Source of the DNA: Podarcis bocagei
Lineage: Eukaryota
Length of the DNA stretch: 64,000 nt
NCBI GenBank assembly: GCA_964188305.1
Contig: OZ076888.1
Direction: 5' to 3' (one strand)
Part shown: piece after piece, positions 11,529 to 26,500 of the stretch
Position numbering within the stretch: position 1 is the stretch's first letter
How the letters are laid out: the number at the start of each line of letters is the position of its first letter
Position numbers and translations under genes: made by a program
Notes under the pieces: model-generated
Told to the model about the DNA's origin: nothing
The model's database searches: none
Seen by the model: the letters and a program-made list of their open reading frames with translations, nothing else

Positions 11529-14500
11529 TTAGGAAACTGGCAATCCCTTTAAGTGTTTCGTGAAATCGAGGGCTCCTTGTGGAACTGGCCTTCCAAAATA
11601 AACCTTAAATAATTCATTCAAGTCTTCATTCAGAAATGATGCCTCTTGTGAAAATTTACCCTGAAATGAACAAGTGTTACAGTTTTATGAAGTAAAATCA
11701 AAATGTTGCATTATCAATCATCGTGTGTGATTTAAGAAGAGAAAGGTGCAAGGCGGTACCTTTTTCCTGGGTGCCACTGACGCAACACGAGGATTAAAAG
11801 TCATTCCTTTCATACCGTAGGCCTCAAAAAGTTCTGTAGGCAACCTATGATGGGTACAGGTTTCATTTTAATACACTATTTGCAAAAAAAAAATATTGTG
11901 TCCTAAAGCAAGACTGGGGAAAAACCAAAGACCCTAAATTTTAGTATTTGTATTGGAGAGTTGAACAGCCCTGCAAAGCACCTTTAAAATATGTCAAAAA
12001 TTGAGGCAAACAAAGAAACGAACACACACACACAAAAAAAAACACTGAACAGAAAAATGGAGCAAGACTGAAGTCTTCTTCTGCATGCAGACATTTCCCT
12101 CCTTTCCTATCACTGATACTGGAATCCAGGATTATTGTATAAAACGCTTGACAGTGAACATTACACAGCTACATTTTTAAAAAAATCTGCTCCTTTAGTT
12201 CACATTCAAGCTAATATTAAACAGTAGTAATGTACTTTCCACTCAGAAAAAGAACTCGGTAACTGGATCCATCTACCGTGACAATTAGCCATGGCAGCTA
12301 AGTACTGCTTCCAGGTTCAGGGGCAACTGGCCACTGAATGCCAGTTGCTGGGGTAAGAGCTATTGTGCACACCCCATGAGCACCTGACTGGGCACAGAGA
12401 GAAAAAGGTAATAGATCTTGTCCCATCTTTCTCATGGGGAAAAGCAGATCCCTCCAGGGAGAAGGACTGCAGCTTCCACTCTTCAGCTGAGGAGTGAAGA
12501 TTTCAATCCTGCTGCATGCTCACCCCACGGCTCAACTCTGGCAAGACCTATCAGCCATGACCTCATCATCATGACCTCTGACAACTGATGAGTAGCTGGC
12601 ACTTCCCCCTGTCAAAGTTGGCCCACAGGGTGTGAGGTGGAGATAAAGATCTGGCCCACCAGGTCAAAAACTTCCCCCACCCCTGTATACATACGTAAGG
12701 TGCTGAGTCTCTGGTTCTATACCAGAAAAGACTGCAGGGTTTTCTCCGCTAAACTTCATTCATATAATTTATGAATTGCTTCCCATGAAGCATTCCAAAG
12801 CAATATAATGATAAAAACAATTTCAATTCTATACGGATACAGAGCAATACAAAATTCTTCACTTAAAAGGTTTGTGGGAAAAGGAAGGTCTGCAGCAGGC
12901 ATCAAAAAGATAATAGACAGGGCCTGTGTGACACATTACGGGAGGGAGTTCTAAGGAGGAGGTACCAGCACACTGAAAGCCGGGCTCCTAAATTGTTCTT
13001 CTGAATCTATGCACAATTTTTTTCAAAGCAAACACCTTTCTCTCACCTCCGACTAAATTCATGCCCAAGAGATTCTGATCCTTCTGCTGGGGCACCAGCC
13101 ACAAGGTGAGCTGCAAATTTCTGAACGACTGGGTGATAATGTCTCTGGGGGTTAGGGAGAGAGCACTGATGAGAAATTGGGAATGTAAACCTTTCTATAT
13201 TAATGTAATGCATTTGACTATTTGAACTGAAGGTTATCATCAAAATTGTATTCTCTCCGCTTTAGGAACAAAAACTCGATTGGTTAAACATCCCACGAGA
13301 TGCAAGACAATTATGACGGGGGAATCTTAAGCCTTTTCCAAGAAGTTAAAGCATCTAGCAGTGGGGATCAATTAAGTGGAGAAGATGGGAAGATGCTGGG
13401 TGGTTCGCATGCATCACTGCTCATTACTTTCTCAGTAAATAAGATGAGGTAGGAAGAAGAAAAGTGCAAAGCAGAATGATGGAGCTAAACAGCCTGATTA
13501 AAAGAGTGAAAAGAGTTCCTGAAGTTCAAAATCATATTCGCCACTGAAGAAAACTGATTAATTGCATTATAAAAATGTTGTAAATAGAATTAGAATACTC
13601 AAGAACATTCATTCCTGCAAATTCTGACTTTAAAAAAGTGTATTCAGAACAGAAAAAGAGCTTCCTAGGTTACTAGTGTTGAATAAGGCAACAAGACATT
13701 AGCTTCCGTGACACTCACCCGCAGAGTATGCAGTTCCCACAGTGCTGTGTTCTGAGCATTACAGTACTCTGGTTCATCCAGCTCAGGAAGGTAAAGTCCA
13801 CTCCCTTGAGATTCATTGTCTAGGAGAAGGTCTGTCTTTGGGAAAGTCTACAATACCATCCAAGAAAAGAAAAGGAAAAAAGAAGAGAGTCCCACGTGAA
13901 ATGGAATAATAATTACAAAGTTGTTACCATGTTTGCCTCAGAAAACAAAATTGCATCTCCCCGAAAAGATAACTATCGATGTAAGAAACTTAAGATCTCT
14001 GAATATGTATATGGCCTGATGGATCATGTTAAAAGTCTCTGCTTTCATTTAAAGCAAAATGAACCAACTCTGGGGAACTCACGTCTGCTGTAATAATTTT
14101 CAAAACATGTTAAGAATATTTCACATGTGGACCATTTTGTTCATTGTGTTGGAAGGGGCATTTTATTTGTAGCCTACCTCAGGGTAGGCGGCAAGAAGAA
14201 GAGAAACCTACAAAAGTCAAATACAATTGCTGCCTTCTCACCTAATGCTAAAACCACCGCTTAGCATTAAATGGACGAGACTCTACCAGTCGAATCAAAT
14301 GCAACTGGGAGCAGGACTTCTGCCAAACTGAGTATCAGTTTCAAACAAGTATTACATATGTGCTAGAGACCCTGGTTTAAAGCAATGGTTAGTTTCAAAA
14401 GCCAGTTTCAAATAGCCCATTGTTTGAATTTGGCTTCTTAAGAAAGCTAGCCACTGTTTGTTTTAAACCAGGGTTGTATGAAATGCAAAGTCAAGATTCT

Positions 14501-17500
14501 TTGAGAGCTAGGGAAGGGGCACAAGCCCAATGCTTCATTATTGCTCGGCTACATGGGCGTAAATCATGATTTAGTGCAAACCAGCCAATATGTAAGAAAT
14601 TCCAATTAACAACCAAACTATGTCATTTTAAGATCAGAATCCAAACACCATATTCAAACTGCAGCAATTAAAATACCTGCATCTTAGTAGAAAAGCAATA
14701 ATCAGCCTCACCATCCAAGTTCTTGAAATACAATTGTCTTTACTGCCATCAGCATACTGAACCTGCCAGTCATCAAGCTTACAGCCCCTGGAGCTATCCT
14801 TTATACGAAGTATCTATAACAGACACCCCTCAGACTGTTCTAGGCCAACTCCAGTGAAAAGGTGACCCTGATTCTCTGAGTGACAGCTTGGGCCCAGTGG
14901 GCATTTCCCCTCTAAAAACTAAACCCAATGCAATGAAAGAGCTAAGATGTTGATGCCCATAGCAGAAAGAATAACTGAAGAAACAACAAGGCAGGAAAGC
15001 TGGAGAATTAGGGTTGCCATATTTCAAAAAGTAAAAACCAGGAAGACCACAACATTGTTGAGGTTTTTTAAAGGAAACCACTGAAATTGTTGAGATTGGT
15101 GTTTTGTTTTGTTTTTTAGAAAACCCAAAAGTTGTTGGGCCTTTTTTTTTTTTTTTTTTACAAAAACACCGCCTTTCAGAAATCCATCCCCCCCCCCCCC
15201 GATGTTAATTCCGCCTTTGAAATACCAGTGATGTCCGGGAAAATCCAGACATACGGCACCCCTAGGAGAATGCTGGAGTGACTCCATCTCTTCTGACAAG
15301 AATGAAACTTGGCTTGGCACAGCTAAAAGTTAAATGGAACGCTCTATGCTGGTCTGTATCTGAACAAATGTGTGTGTAGATTTGTGAAGGTATGACATAT
15401 TCTAAATATGATGTAGGAGTTTCAACAGAATGAGTTTGAAACATCCAACAGTTTTAGATCCCAATAGGACTATAGCTGAAGGGTCTCATTAGCTATGTTT
15501 TTAAGAACTTACATGCATTAATGTTCTGTTGGTTGCCAAGATACCAATGCAGGAGTCTGGAAGGAGATGGAGGGCTACTGTGGAGAGGCGCTTTATGAAA
15601 GCAAGAGCTCTCTGCTGGGACACCTGCTTCCTACGTTTGGTGAGCATCACATCAAGGCACTGCAGCACTATCGCCACATCTTCATTTGTAGCACCTTAAA
15701 ACAACACGTGTGGTTCAAAACCCATTTGAATGCAGGAACATATATCCAAAAGAACACCAGAAAGATTGAAGACACCCGCTATTTCCCGATTCTATTTTTA
15801 ATTTATTTAAGAAAGATTCACCAATTAAGAATTACACCAGCTATTTAGCAAAAAAAGAAACACTACTGAACACCACTGAAACCCACTGGTGGGTTATTTC
15901 TGTAGAGAAAGTACCAAGACATACAATTTCACTCCATCTACCATAGAAGTATATAAAAGACAGTACTTGAGCTTTGTTATTACGAAACCATTGAAATAAG
16001 GAGTTACCTGCATGTAGTTTAAGTAGTATCTTGTAAAGGTGTGTGTAGAACTTCAAAGGGTCAATGTTAAGGACATCACCTATCCAAAATAATTCCAGTT
16101 AAGTAGGTTTGTTGCTGTAACCGTAAAACAACTTACTTCCTTAAATGACAAAACGTTCAAAGGGAATACTTCAGAGCAGTGTTTTTCAAACTTGGGTCTC
16201 CAGCTGTTGTTGGACTATAACTCCCATCATCCCTGATCACTGGTCCTGCTAGCTAGGGATGATGGGAGTTGTAGTCCAACAACAGCTGGAGACCCAAGTT
16301 TGAAAAACACTGCTCTGGGATTTAGTTTCCTCTGGAGCTAAGTGCGTGCTGGAGACTGGTTGAACCTGTGCAATATATTCCTTTAATTACAAATATACAA
16401 GCAAAGTCAACTGGAAGAATTCAGATTCCTTAAAACAAACAGGCAACATTGATCCTGGTTCAGAGCCAAAACAAAAAGTGTCTTCTCGCGGTCTCTCTAG
16501 TCCTTCCTCAAAGTCTATCACATTTCCTTGGATGGAACTTTTTGTTAAATCTTTGACCACTCAAGCCCATCAGACAAACCTAGCAATGGTCCCATTCAGG
16601 CTAATCACAAAAGAAATGCAATATGAAAATTAAACTGTACCTTGACCAGACAAAATGTGGAAAGCAGAAAGAATACAGTGCAGACTCTCTCTGTGGCTTA
16701 ACACCTGAAAATAAAGGAAATGCATCAGAAATATATAGACCAAAAGTCTTATATATCTTTAGACAAAGGATAAACTTACCCCTGAGACCATAAGAGAATG
16801 TAGAACAAGCAAAAGGTCATCAAAAAATTCCAAATTTATGAGGTGGGCGAACCTAAAATCAAGGAGTTAGATTTGTGAATTTACAGAAGATTTCTCTGTC
16901 AAACTCAAAGCATGCCATTGCAATTATAGTTTGTTTTATAGTGCAGCTATCTTAAACAACATTCTTAAGTAGTCTTCTCTTTTGCAGTATGATCATTAAT
17001 CACACACTACTTGTAATCCAAAAAAAGAACAGCATTCCTCCATCTGCCAGCTATCATTTTGAAAACAAAACAGGATGCTATACAAGCAACGCATGAAACA
17101 GATGAAATACATACCAAACTTTTTAGCAATGTTATTTTAGAACTGCATTGAATTTCAATTGCTTTTATTCTTCCGACTTTCTTCTACCCTGATTTTTATT
17201 TAATTTTTCTGAGTAATTTTAAGCGAAGTGTTTAAACAAATTTAAGCAGTGGGTTGCATTTAACTAAGCTCTACCCAGGCCCACTGAAATTAGTGGACAT
17301 GATCAATTTAGCTCCATTAATTGCAATGAGCCTACTCCAGTAAAACCTTTTCAATGAAAGTTTTTATGTTGATATAATGTGCCTTGTTAGGAACTTTTAT
17401 AAAGAATGGTCACTCAAAAATTGCTTTGAAATTCTTACTTTGCAAGGCCTTCCAACACAGCAGGCAAAAGGGGAGACTTCTGTGCTTTTTTCAGTATTCG

Positions 17501-20500
17501 GAAGTAAGTTAAAAATACAATATTCAAGGTTTCTGTGTGCTGTAGAGAAAAGACACCCACAAATGAACACATATGGAACATTCCGAGTTCACCGTATTTA
17601 AGTTCTGTTCACACTTGCCTGGATTTGAAAGCCATTAATCAAAAACCACTTTAAATTTCCTAGGATTACTTAATTGCTAGCAAGATCAGTTCCTAATTAC
17701 TGGTTTACATCATTATGAATCATAGCAGGGATAGCTGTGGATAGACACCACTATTGTAATACATAATGCCCTAAACCAGTAATTATTGAATTGCAAGGAA
17801 AAAAACAGACCACTAGTCTGTTATTGCACTATTTATACTCCCTCAACTATTGTGCTGAGTAAAAACAACTACTAATAATAAAGATTAACCACAATGAGGG
17901 ATAAATCCGTGCTTATAGTATCAGTCTTTGTGTTTACTGTGCATACAGCCCACCCACATTTTATGACTAGAAACTCATTTCTAAGGAACCACAGAACCAA
18001 AGCAAGAATTTGAAACAAATATTACAATTGGCAATATCTGGTCTTATTTTACTTGTGCATAATACAAAACTCAGCAGTACACCACACTCATGAAAATATA
18101 CTTACCAGTTTCAGTTTTTTCTCTGTGCTCTCTGAGGCTTCTGCTTCTAAGAGTTCTCTTTCTAGTTTCTCTTCTGCTTTCTTCCACTGAAAATGTACAA
18201 GGGTTTTTTGTAAGAAAACACAAGATTCTGGTAGTATTAAGGTAATTACTTTGCAGTCGTTGGGTCAGTTCAGATGTAACGTCTCTGATCAGGAACATGC
18301 CGCATGCTCCTTCCTCCTCTTATGGACTATGAGTGGTCAGATAGTTACTTCTTCCTGGTAAAGGCAACCTAATTGGCTTTTCATCAAATGCTTGCTCTCC
18401 AAACCAGAATTGCAAATTTGGATTGGAAACGCAGGCCTTGTTTGAAAAACTTCTAAACCACTGTTAGTTCCTAAAGAAACTGGCTTGTTCAGAACGTAAC
18501 CCATAGCTGTCAACTTTTCCCTTTTCTTGCAAGGAATCCTACTCGGAATAAGGGAATTTCCCTTTAAAAAAGGAAAATGTTGACAGCTATGATCTAACCT
18601 CCAATTTATACACAATGCTAAGTAGAGACTGAGGAAAACACAACCGAAACCATTATCCCAGATATGTGGGAAGAAGTGAGGTGTGTGCACGAGCCCAATG
18701 CTTTGCTCTGTCTCATGGAGGTTTGCCCATGTAGCCCTAAACCATGATTTTGATTATATGTGAACTGACCATGATGTTTAAAGCAACATGAGAAACAGGA
18801 GTGGGACTATTTTCAGCTGTACTAAAAGCCTCTCAGCAGCAAAAGCGTGATGGGATCACTTTAACAAAAAATCTTCCCATACATAACCAGCAAGAAACAA
18901 TCTGCAGAACTGTGTTTTGCAGTGTTCACATGGCCACAAAACAAAAGTCCTGAGACATGAACCCAAGAGCTAATTTAGGGGCACCCAAGAATGTCAGCAA
19001 GCACAGCTGAGATTTATTGTTTTACACTATCTCTCAAACAGCAGTCGCTTCCTCGCCAAATCATAATATAGTTTCAAAAGGAGGACGTCTTGAGGAAGTG
19101 TTGTTTCAAAATCTCCTTGGACAATAGAACTCACTGGTTAGTTATTTGGATACAAGCCAGAAACCGTTCCATTTTCTAATGAAATTCAAAATATATGTGT
19201 ACACTACAGCATAAGAAGTACCTTTCTTTGCATCCTTGAAAGATTTTTCCGTTTCTCTTGATAAGACATGAACCTCTTCTTTGGCGTGATGTCTTCTGCG
19301 TCTTTTTTCACTTCTACTTCCTTAATTCTTAGGTGAATTAGTGTCATTAGCACCTAAAGATAATCCAGTAACATTTATTTCTCAAATTCATTAAAAGCAC
19401 AGATCTTACAAAACATAAAACTGCCTGAGACCATTTCTTTCTCTTTTATATCCATATGCATAAATGCCATCCTTGCCAACAACTCATGAAGAATGGAAAG
19501 AGTAACGTTTGGGAAACAACTGGTGTGTTTTTTGTTTGCGATAATATGCCATAGTACAGTGGTTCCCCGCAAGACGAATGCCTCGCAAGACGAAAAACTC
19601 GCTAGACGAAAGGGTTTTGCGGTTTTTGAGCTGCTTCGCAAGACGAATTTCCCTATGGGCTTGCTTCGCAAGACGAAAACGTCTTGCAAGTTTGTTTCCT
19701 TTTTCTTAACACCGTTAATACAGTTGCGACTTGACTTCGAGGAGCAACTCATAGAACGTGGTGTGGTAGCCTTTTTTGAGGTTTTTGGTGATTTTTGAAG
19801 CTTTTCCAAAACTTTTCCGACACCGTGCTTCGCAAGACGAAAAATTCGCTAGACGAAAAAACTCGCGGAACGAATTAATTTCGTCTTGCGAGGCACCACT
19901 GTACTTCAATAAGGATAGTAAATATTTAAAGTCCATTTTTAACTATTGCTCCACACTGGAGAGGAAGGAAGGAACTTACCTCAGGTCTAACATCATAATT
20001 CCTGCTTTTCACAAGGCCAGAAATCACCTTCACCACACCAAGTGAGGCATAGCCAAGTTTATCCTGCTTGAAGAGGGTCTTTACTGCACCACAGCACATT
20101 TCAGAAATCTGGAAAGTTGGAAGTTTCGATTATCAGTGTTTATTCAACCAGCACTGCTTTCTGGATGAAAAAAATGTAAAATGCCACGAACAAAGATTTT
20201 TACCCTTCCAGAAAGTGATTCATATTTACTTTGAAATGACATACAATATTTCAATATACCAGTAACGGCTGCTGTCATGACTATGGGGTATGCCTACCTG
20301 TTTTGAAGCATCATTCATGAGTGGCACGATGAGTACAATAATATTATTGTGGAAGTTGAAGTGAGGCAGGGCCACCAACAGCTCACACAAGCACTTCACA
20401 GCAATCTCTGCAAGGCCTTTGTATGCTTTTAGTGAAATCACGTTGCTTTTCTTCAGCTTCCTTTGCTTCCAATCTAAGTGAAATATTGCATAAAAGCCTG

Positions 20501-23500
20501 AGTATTTTGCCATCCCAGCTTCTGAAATTACTACTATTATTTCCAGAGGGGGGGGGGAATATATTACTTGCATATTTCCTGCCACAATGACACATAGGGC
20601 TTAGAATGAAAACACACACACAATGCCATATCCTTAAAAAAAAAAATACTAGGAAAAATACTTTCCTAGCCCTGCAACTCAGGATCAAGAGTTGAGATTC
20701 TAGAGTTTAGATCGGGGATCTTCTCCATGCTTTGTGTTAGGGATACTACCAATAGCTGCTTATTTCCAACAACAAAATAATTTTAGCGCTCAACATTTAA
20801 GAGCATATCCCCATCCTCAGCCATACACCCTGCCTGCCGTACCTTTCACAGATTGCTCCAGATTTTCTAAATAAAACTTGTACTGGCTGACAATGCCTTC
20901 TTCAAATTCTCTTAATTTCTGAGTTTCTTTTCTAACCTGTGGATAAACAAAGAAACAATGTAAAACATCTTGCCATAAATCTACTGTGTGACAACTGCAA
21001 CACATTTTTTTTAAGTTTCAGAAGATGTCACCATCTGCAGTATCTATTTTGAAGTCTTTTCAAGAAGTATTTGGGAAAATTTGTTACCCAACAGTTTTGA
21101 GAGAAAGGTGTACTCTTCATTTTTGGTACCCCAAATGCCAACATTTCAACAACTAAGCTTAAAAACTGTGGGCTATTTTTACGGAAAGAAATAATTTCAT
21201 AGATAAAAACTCTTAATTTCTTCCTCCATAAATATAACAAGTTGTATTACCCTCCCAACTTGACATTAAGCTACTCTGAAACATACTACAACCTCACCTT
21301 TGTGTTTTTCTCTTTCTCAGTTAAAGGTCTGATTTTGTAAAATGGAGTAATGTCTTTGAAAAGCTCCATCAGAGAAATCATCACCAGCTTTCGCACAATC
21401 ACGGCCACATTGGGATCCTGTTCCATTAACATCGCACGCAACTCTTTCAGCTTCTTTATCTGCTCAAGCAAGGATGACATAACCATGAAATATAATTGGC
21501 AACTACAGGTAAACCAGACAAAATTTATGCATACACTGTCATTGTAATGTGAGGAGCAACAACTACTGCCATCTTCAGAGAACATGCACACAGAATTCAA
21601 GATCGCAACATATTCTAGATATTCATATGGTGCAAAATATTTTAGTAACACTCTATCTTTATACCATCAATTTCTGTGATATCACCCATTTTTCAAATGA
21701 AGCTTTAATGGATTTGTATCAGTGAGGAGGTGCTAGGTTTTCCCAAAACTGAGGTCATGCCCCCACTGATTTTTGTTTTAGCTTGTGTGATGGGGTTTTA
21801 GTTTAACCAAACAACTACACCTTCTGAGACAATATGAAAACTGCCAGATCACATCAAGTCTACTTCCAATGTACCCTGGAAAGACTAAAAGACACAGTCT
21901 CACAATTGGCTAGGACCAGTTTGTTTTCATCAGCAATTACAAAAGCAGTAATCACAGTGGCTACCTTTCAAATGGAAAATACCTGGAACCCACGGGCTCT
22001 TCCTGTCTCTCTAAGCCTTTCAGTTTGCAGTTTCACACTGCCAACTGTTTCACTTCAGATTTTAATCTCCCTCCAGAGATATTTTTTTTGTGTGTATGAG
22101 TGTGTGACAAGTCAAATTCTTAAATTGAAATACTGCCTGTGAAGCAGTTACAGAACATTGCTTTTAGGGAACAACTTCTCAAAAGGATGGCAAAAACGTT
22201 GAGAGGAAAAAATAAAAGCAAGGTTAATGGTATTCATTTAATTCCATGCATAAAACTGTTTCAACAGCATCCAAGAGAAATACTGTAAAAGGAGCCTAAA
22301 GGAAAGGAAACTATCCCTTCCAATCCAGAAGGCAATCACACAAAATCTGTGAGATGAGAGCATGAACAACAGCACATAACCCGTGAGACCTCACTGTGCC
22401 AAGCCATTAAAAGCCAACATTTGTTTCCACACTAAATATGATGCATCTGAATCTTTGGCATGTAAAACTCATTCTCTTACTTTTTTATGGCATGGCCAGT
22501 TTCAACTCAACTGAAATGTTACTTACATTATTTTCTGGGTCAGACAAGATGGCAGATGCTAAGGCAGCTATGTGCATCTTTTTCTCTTGTAGCTTCTTTT
22601 TCCTATGAACTAGCAGTTCTTCAGCAGTGAGAACAGGTAATGGTTCTTCAAGAGCTGGTGATAAAGAAAAACGCTGTTCATGTCTTAGAGCAGGCTTCCC
22701 TAACCTTGGCCCTCCAGATGTTTTGAGACTACAATTCCCATCATCCCTGACCAGTGGTCCTGCTAGCTAGGGATCATGGGAGCTGTAGGCCAAAAACCTC
22801 TGGAGGGCCAAGGTTGAGGAAGCCTGTCTTAGAGGGTATGTATGCACGTGTGTGTGCCTCCACACCAGAGCTGGAAAGGGTGGACATTTGAAATAGAGAC
22901 TAGAAACTTCCATTGGCATTCTCATCAGCCCCTGGTCAAACCTTTATTCAGGTAAACAGACCTTTTAGGAGTTGGTTGGGTTTTTCAGGGGGTGGCATTC
23001 AGTTGTATTCAGCCAAGACTTTCAAATAATAGTTTAGGTTTCCATTCTCCTTTGTGAGCTACCCTAGTCAGGTTTCTATTCAATTTAGGTTGACTCCATA
23101 AACGCAACATCTGGAAACACTTTAAGAGCAATTCATTTCTTTGGCAGTATTATACTTATTTTACTTGCTCTATCCAGTAACTCAGCAATGAGGACAAACC
23201 ACAAAATGTTCTCTGAACCAATGAAGTAATTTACACTAATATGCTTCAAGAACAGTAACACCATTTGAATGTCCATTAATATTTAATCTGTACAAAATCT
23301 TTTTTTAAAAAAGTCTTAAATACCTTGTGCCTCTTCCATTTCTTCTATTTCGTCCTTCTCCTCCTCTTCCTCTTCCTCTTTAACTACAAAAAAGAGCAAG
23401 CTCTTTTAAAATTCAGCATTGCGAATGATCCAGTTCTTAAATCAAACTGACAGCTTGCCTGGCAATCTTGATTGTGCCTCACCTGGCTTTTCCATGGTCT

Positions 23501-26500
23501 GTGGAATAATTCCACGTTTGTCTTTGATGGGAAGCAGATGAATAAGTTCTTTTTCAGGCTCAGTCTGCATGCGCCTTGGCTTCTTCTCATATTTCTCAAT
23601 CACACTCTCGCTCTTACGTTTCTTGGCATGAACAGGTTCACTATAAAGTGAAAAACTTGTCAGACTCTCATATGGATAATTTAGAACTCTTACATATAAA
23701 AATATTTTCACAAACAGAACTACAAAGGAATAGTTACAATGAAAACAAACTTACAATTTTCTCTATAATGCCACTTAATCAGACTTTTAAAAAAGATTAA
23801 ACTGGTCAAACTATCTGCCACTGAAGGCTTTTCCAAATGCTGTGGTTTACCAATGGGAACAAATGAAATTGTCACTATCCAGACCCTTCTGCCTTATTAA
23901 GTGCTTCCATTACATTACATTTTCTACAAACAGCTAGCCCAAGCTAATGCCAAGCAGAGATTCTTTTCACAGCAAGTATAACTACAGCAGGTGCTTAACT
24001 GTGGGGTTTGTGATTCCATTAATGTCACAGATGCCCTGAACTTTAAAGAGCAATGGAATTCTTCTGCAAACTACCCATGCTACTGTTAATTTACCATCAA
24101 ACTTCTACCTTTGTCCCTTCCTCCCTCCCATATGGAATATGTGAACTCATTCTCTGCAACACTTGAGCACGTACTTCTGACTTTTCTTTTTTTTATATAA
24201 AAAAAAACTTATTACACAGAGAAGGGGATATTGCTTGGAATAGTAAAACACTCAAGCAGAGAAGACTTAGTCATGCAGGGAAAAGGCCTATTCTGTTATG
24301 GCCTTTTGTATTAAAGGTCTGACACTGAGGGGCAAACTTAGATTCAACATATGCTGAATAAACTCTCAAAGAACAAATAAAACAACAGAAGTGCTGCAAC
24401 ATCCACTATTCCCTAGTTTGCAAACACCTACTTGGAAGAAAGATCTCGTGTTATAAAAGATGCCCTCTGAGCAAGTTCCTCCATTAATTTCATATCATCT
24501 TCATCCATCATATCAAGAGGAAGAGCTTCCTCTTCTTCTTCTTCCCTTTCTGCCAAGGCAAATAAAATCAGAATAACTTCAGAGGCACTAAGAGAGATAC
24601 ACACTACAAAAGGCAGATGGAAATACCTTTTACTTTGATTTTATTGAATGAGGGGCACAACTGTGGCACATTAGTTTAACGAGGGATGAGAATGTAAAAG
24701 AACACTTGTGAGTAAACAATTACCTTTATGTACAGGGTGAGTCTTTTAAAAGAGGCCCTGTGGAACATGTGTACTGTACTCTGTATCCACGGGGCCTCTT
24801 TTAAAGGACTCACCCTGTATGTAGAATCCAACTGCATTTTTCTACCTCTATATTGCTCTCTGTAGAGCTCATGTGTGCCTGGTAAAATGTTGGTTTCTAA
24901 TCATGGCTTCCAGGTAAACTATACTTCAGCTGTTCAGACAACCTGCAAGCTATGGTTTGCCTCAAACCTGGACCAGAGCCTGGGAGGGAATGGCCATGTT
25001 TAAGAGGGAGCATGATCTCAATGTTCACTCACAGAATGCCAAAGACTGATTTGGCATTAATCTTTGCTTAGCTCCTGAGTGATCACTTAATCCAAAGACA
25101 ATGTGGGCTTAGCCATTTCAGTTCTGTATCATCCACTGCAATAGTACTTCACTCCACATAGCATTTCCATATTCCCAAAGCAACAATATTTTGCAGTTTG
25201 AATAATGGAAAAGTACAGTCACTGAAACAGAAGCACTCCTTGAGTAAAGACATCTGGATTTCATACAATTAACTGAGCAACTCTCAATTATCATCATCAC
25301 CTTTTTTTATTTGTATACCATCTATCTTACAATACTCAAGGTGATTTACAAACTGAAGAAACAAAAAATGTACAACTTACAACAATCTAATGCAATACAA
25401 AAACGTGATAATAAAACTAAAATAAGCAACCTACATCAAAAAGTAACTTTCAACAATTATTAGAATTATACAAAATAATAATATCAACATATAAAAGTTA
25501 ACCAGAAATCCACTCAACAGTTACAATAAATAATTTCTAAACTATAATTAATAAAACAATGGCAAGCCACAGTACATAAAATAATACAATACAAATTGAG
25601 AAGCAGAGACTGGAGGGTGGGGTAAGGCAGGTGGAAGGAGGCCTTGCCTGATGAAGTCTCTCCCCCCTCCTTCTTCCTCCAAGCACAGCTTCCTTATGAG
25701 GACTTCCAGGGCTGGGGGGTGGGGCAAGGCAGGTGGAAAGAGGCCTTGCCTGATGGAGTCTCTCTCCTCACTAAATTTTGTTGCACTAAAAATGGATTGC
25801 CTTGAAAAAAACTATATGAAGACTATCTTTACTTACCTTTAACCACTAATGTGATGACCCCAACTTTTAAATGAATAATTCAAAACATTACTCATAAGTG
25901 CTGTTATCTACCACAGGCCTTTTGAATTGGATGAGCTAAAAATTTGGGTAGAATTAAACGACTACTAGTCATAATACCTTGAAATGCCAAATACTGGAAG
26001 CTAAAAACAACAACCCAGAGTAGAGCTGGTTCCCATCATGCTCTATTTGTAGGTTACCCAGACGTACCCAGCTGTCCAGGTGGAAACAGAATTATGTACT
26101 AAATGAAAATCTATACATTAAAGCACAATCCTATACATGTGTATTAAAATTAAGTCCCATTGGACTGGCTCCCAATGTAAGTTAGTATAGAATTCCAGCC
26201 TTCTCATGGCCCAAGCTTCCGTGGACTCAAGCCCATTTTTTTCAGATGCAATGGATGACCTGTTGTATCAGAATCCCTGTTACTTACATTTATTCTATGG
26301 GTAAGGCAGCTTCATTTTGAGAATCACCACTCAAAAATATGATCAGTCCCTAGAATTAGTTATCAAAATCAAAACATTATGAGAAAATGCTCTAGTGGGG
26401 TGGGGAACACCGGAAGATGGTGCAACTGCTGTAGGCTGCATCCAGCCTATTAACTGACAAGGTTTACTTCAATAACCTGTATCGCTCACATGCGAACTGC

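Noticed and set aside
19557-19901. Recurrent CGCAAGACGAA units resembling a CRISPR-like array
   Set aside because: Irregularly spaced subterminal repeats within a TA-flanked MITE in a vertebrate intron, with no cas genes.
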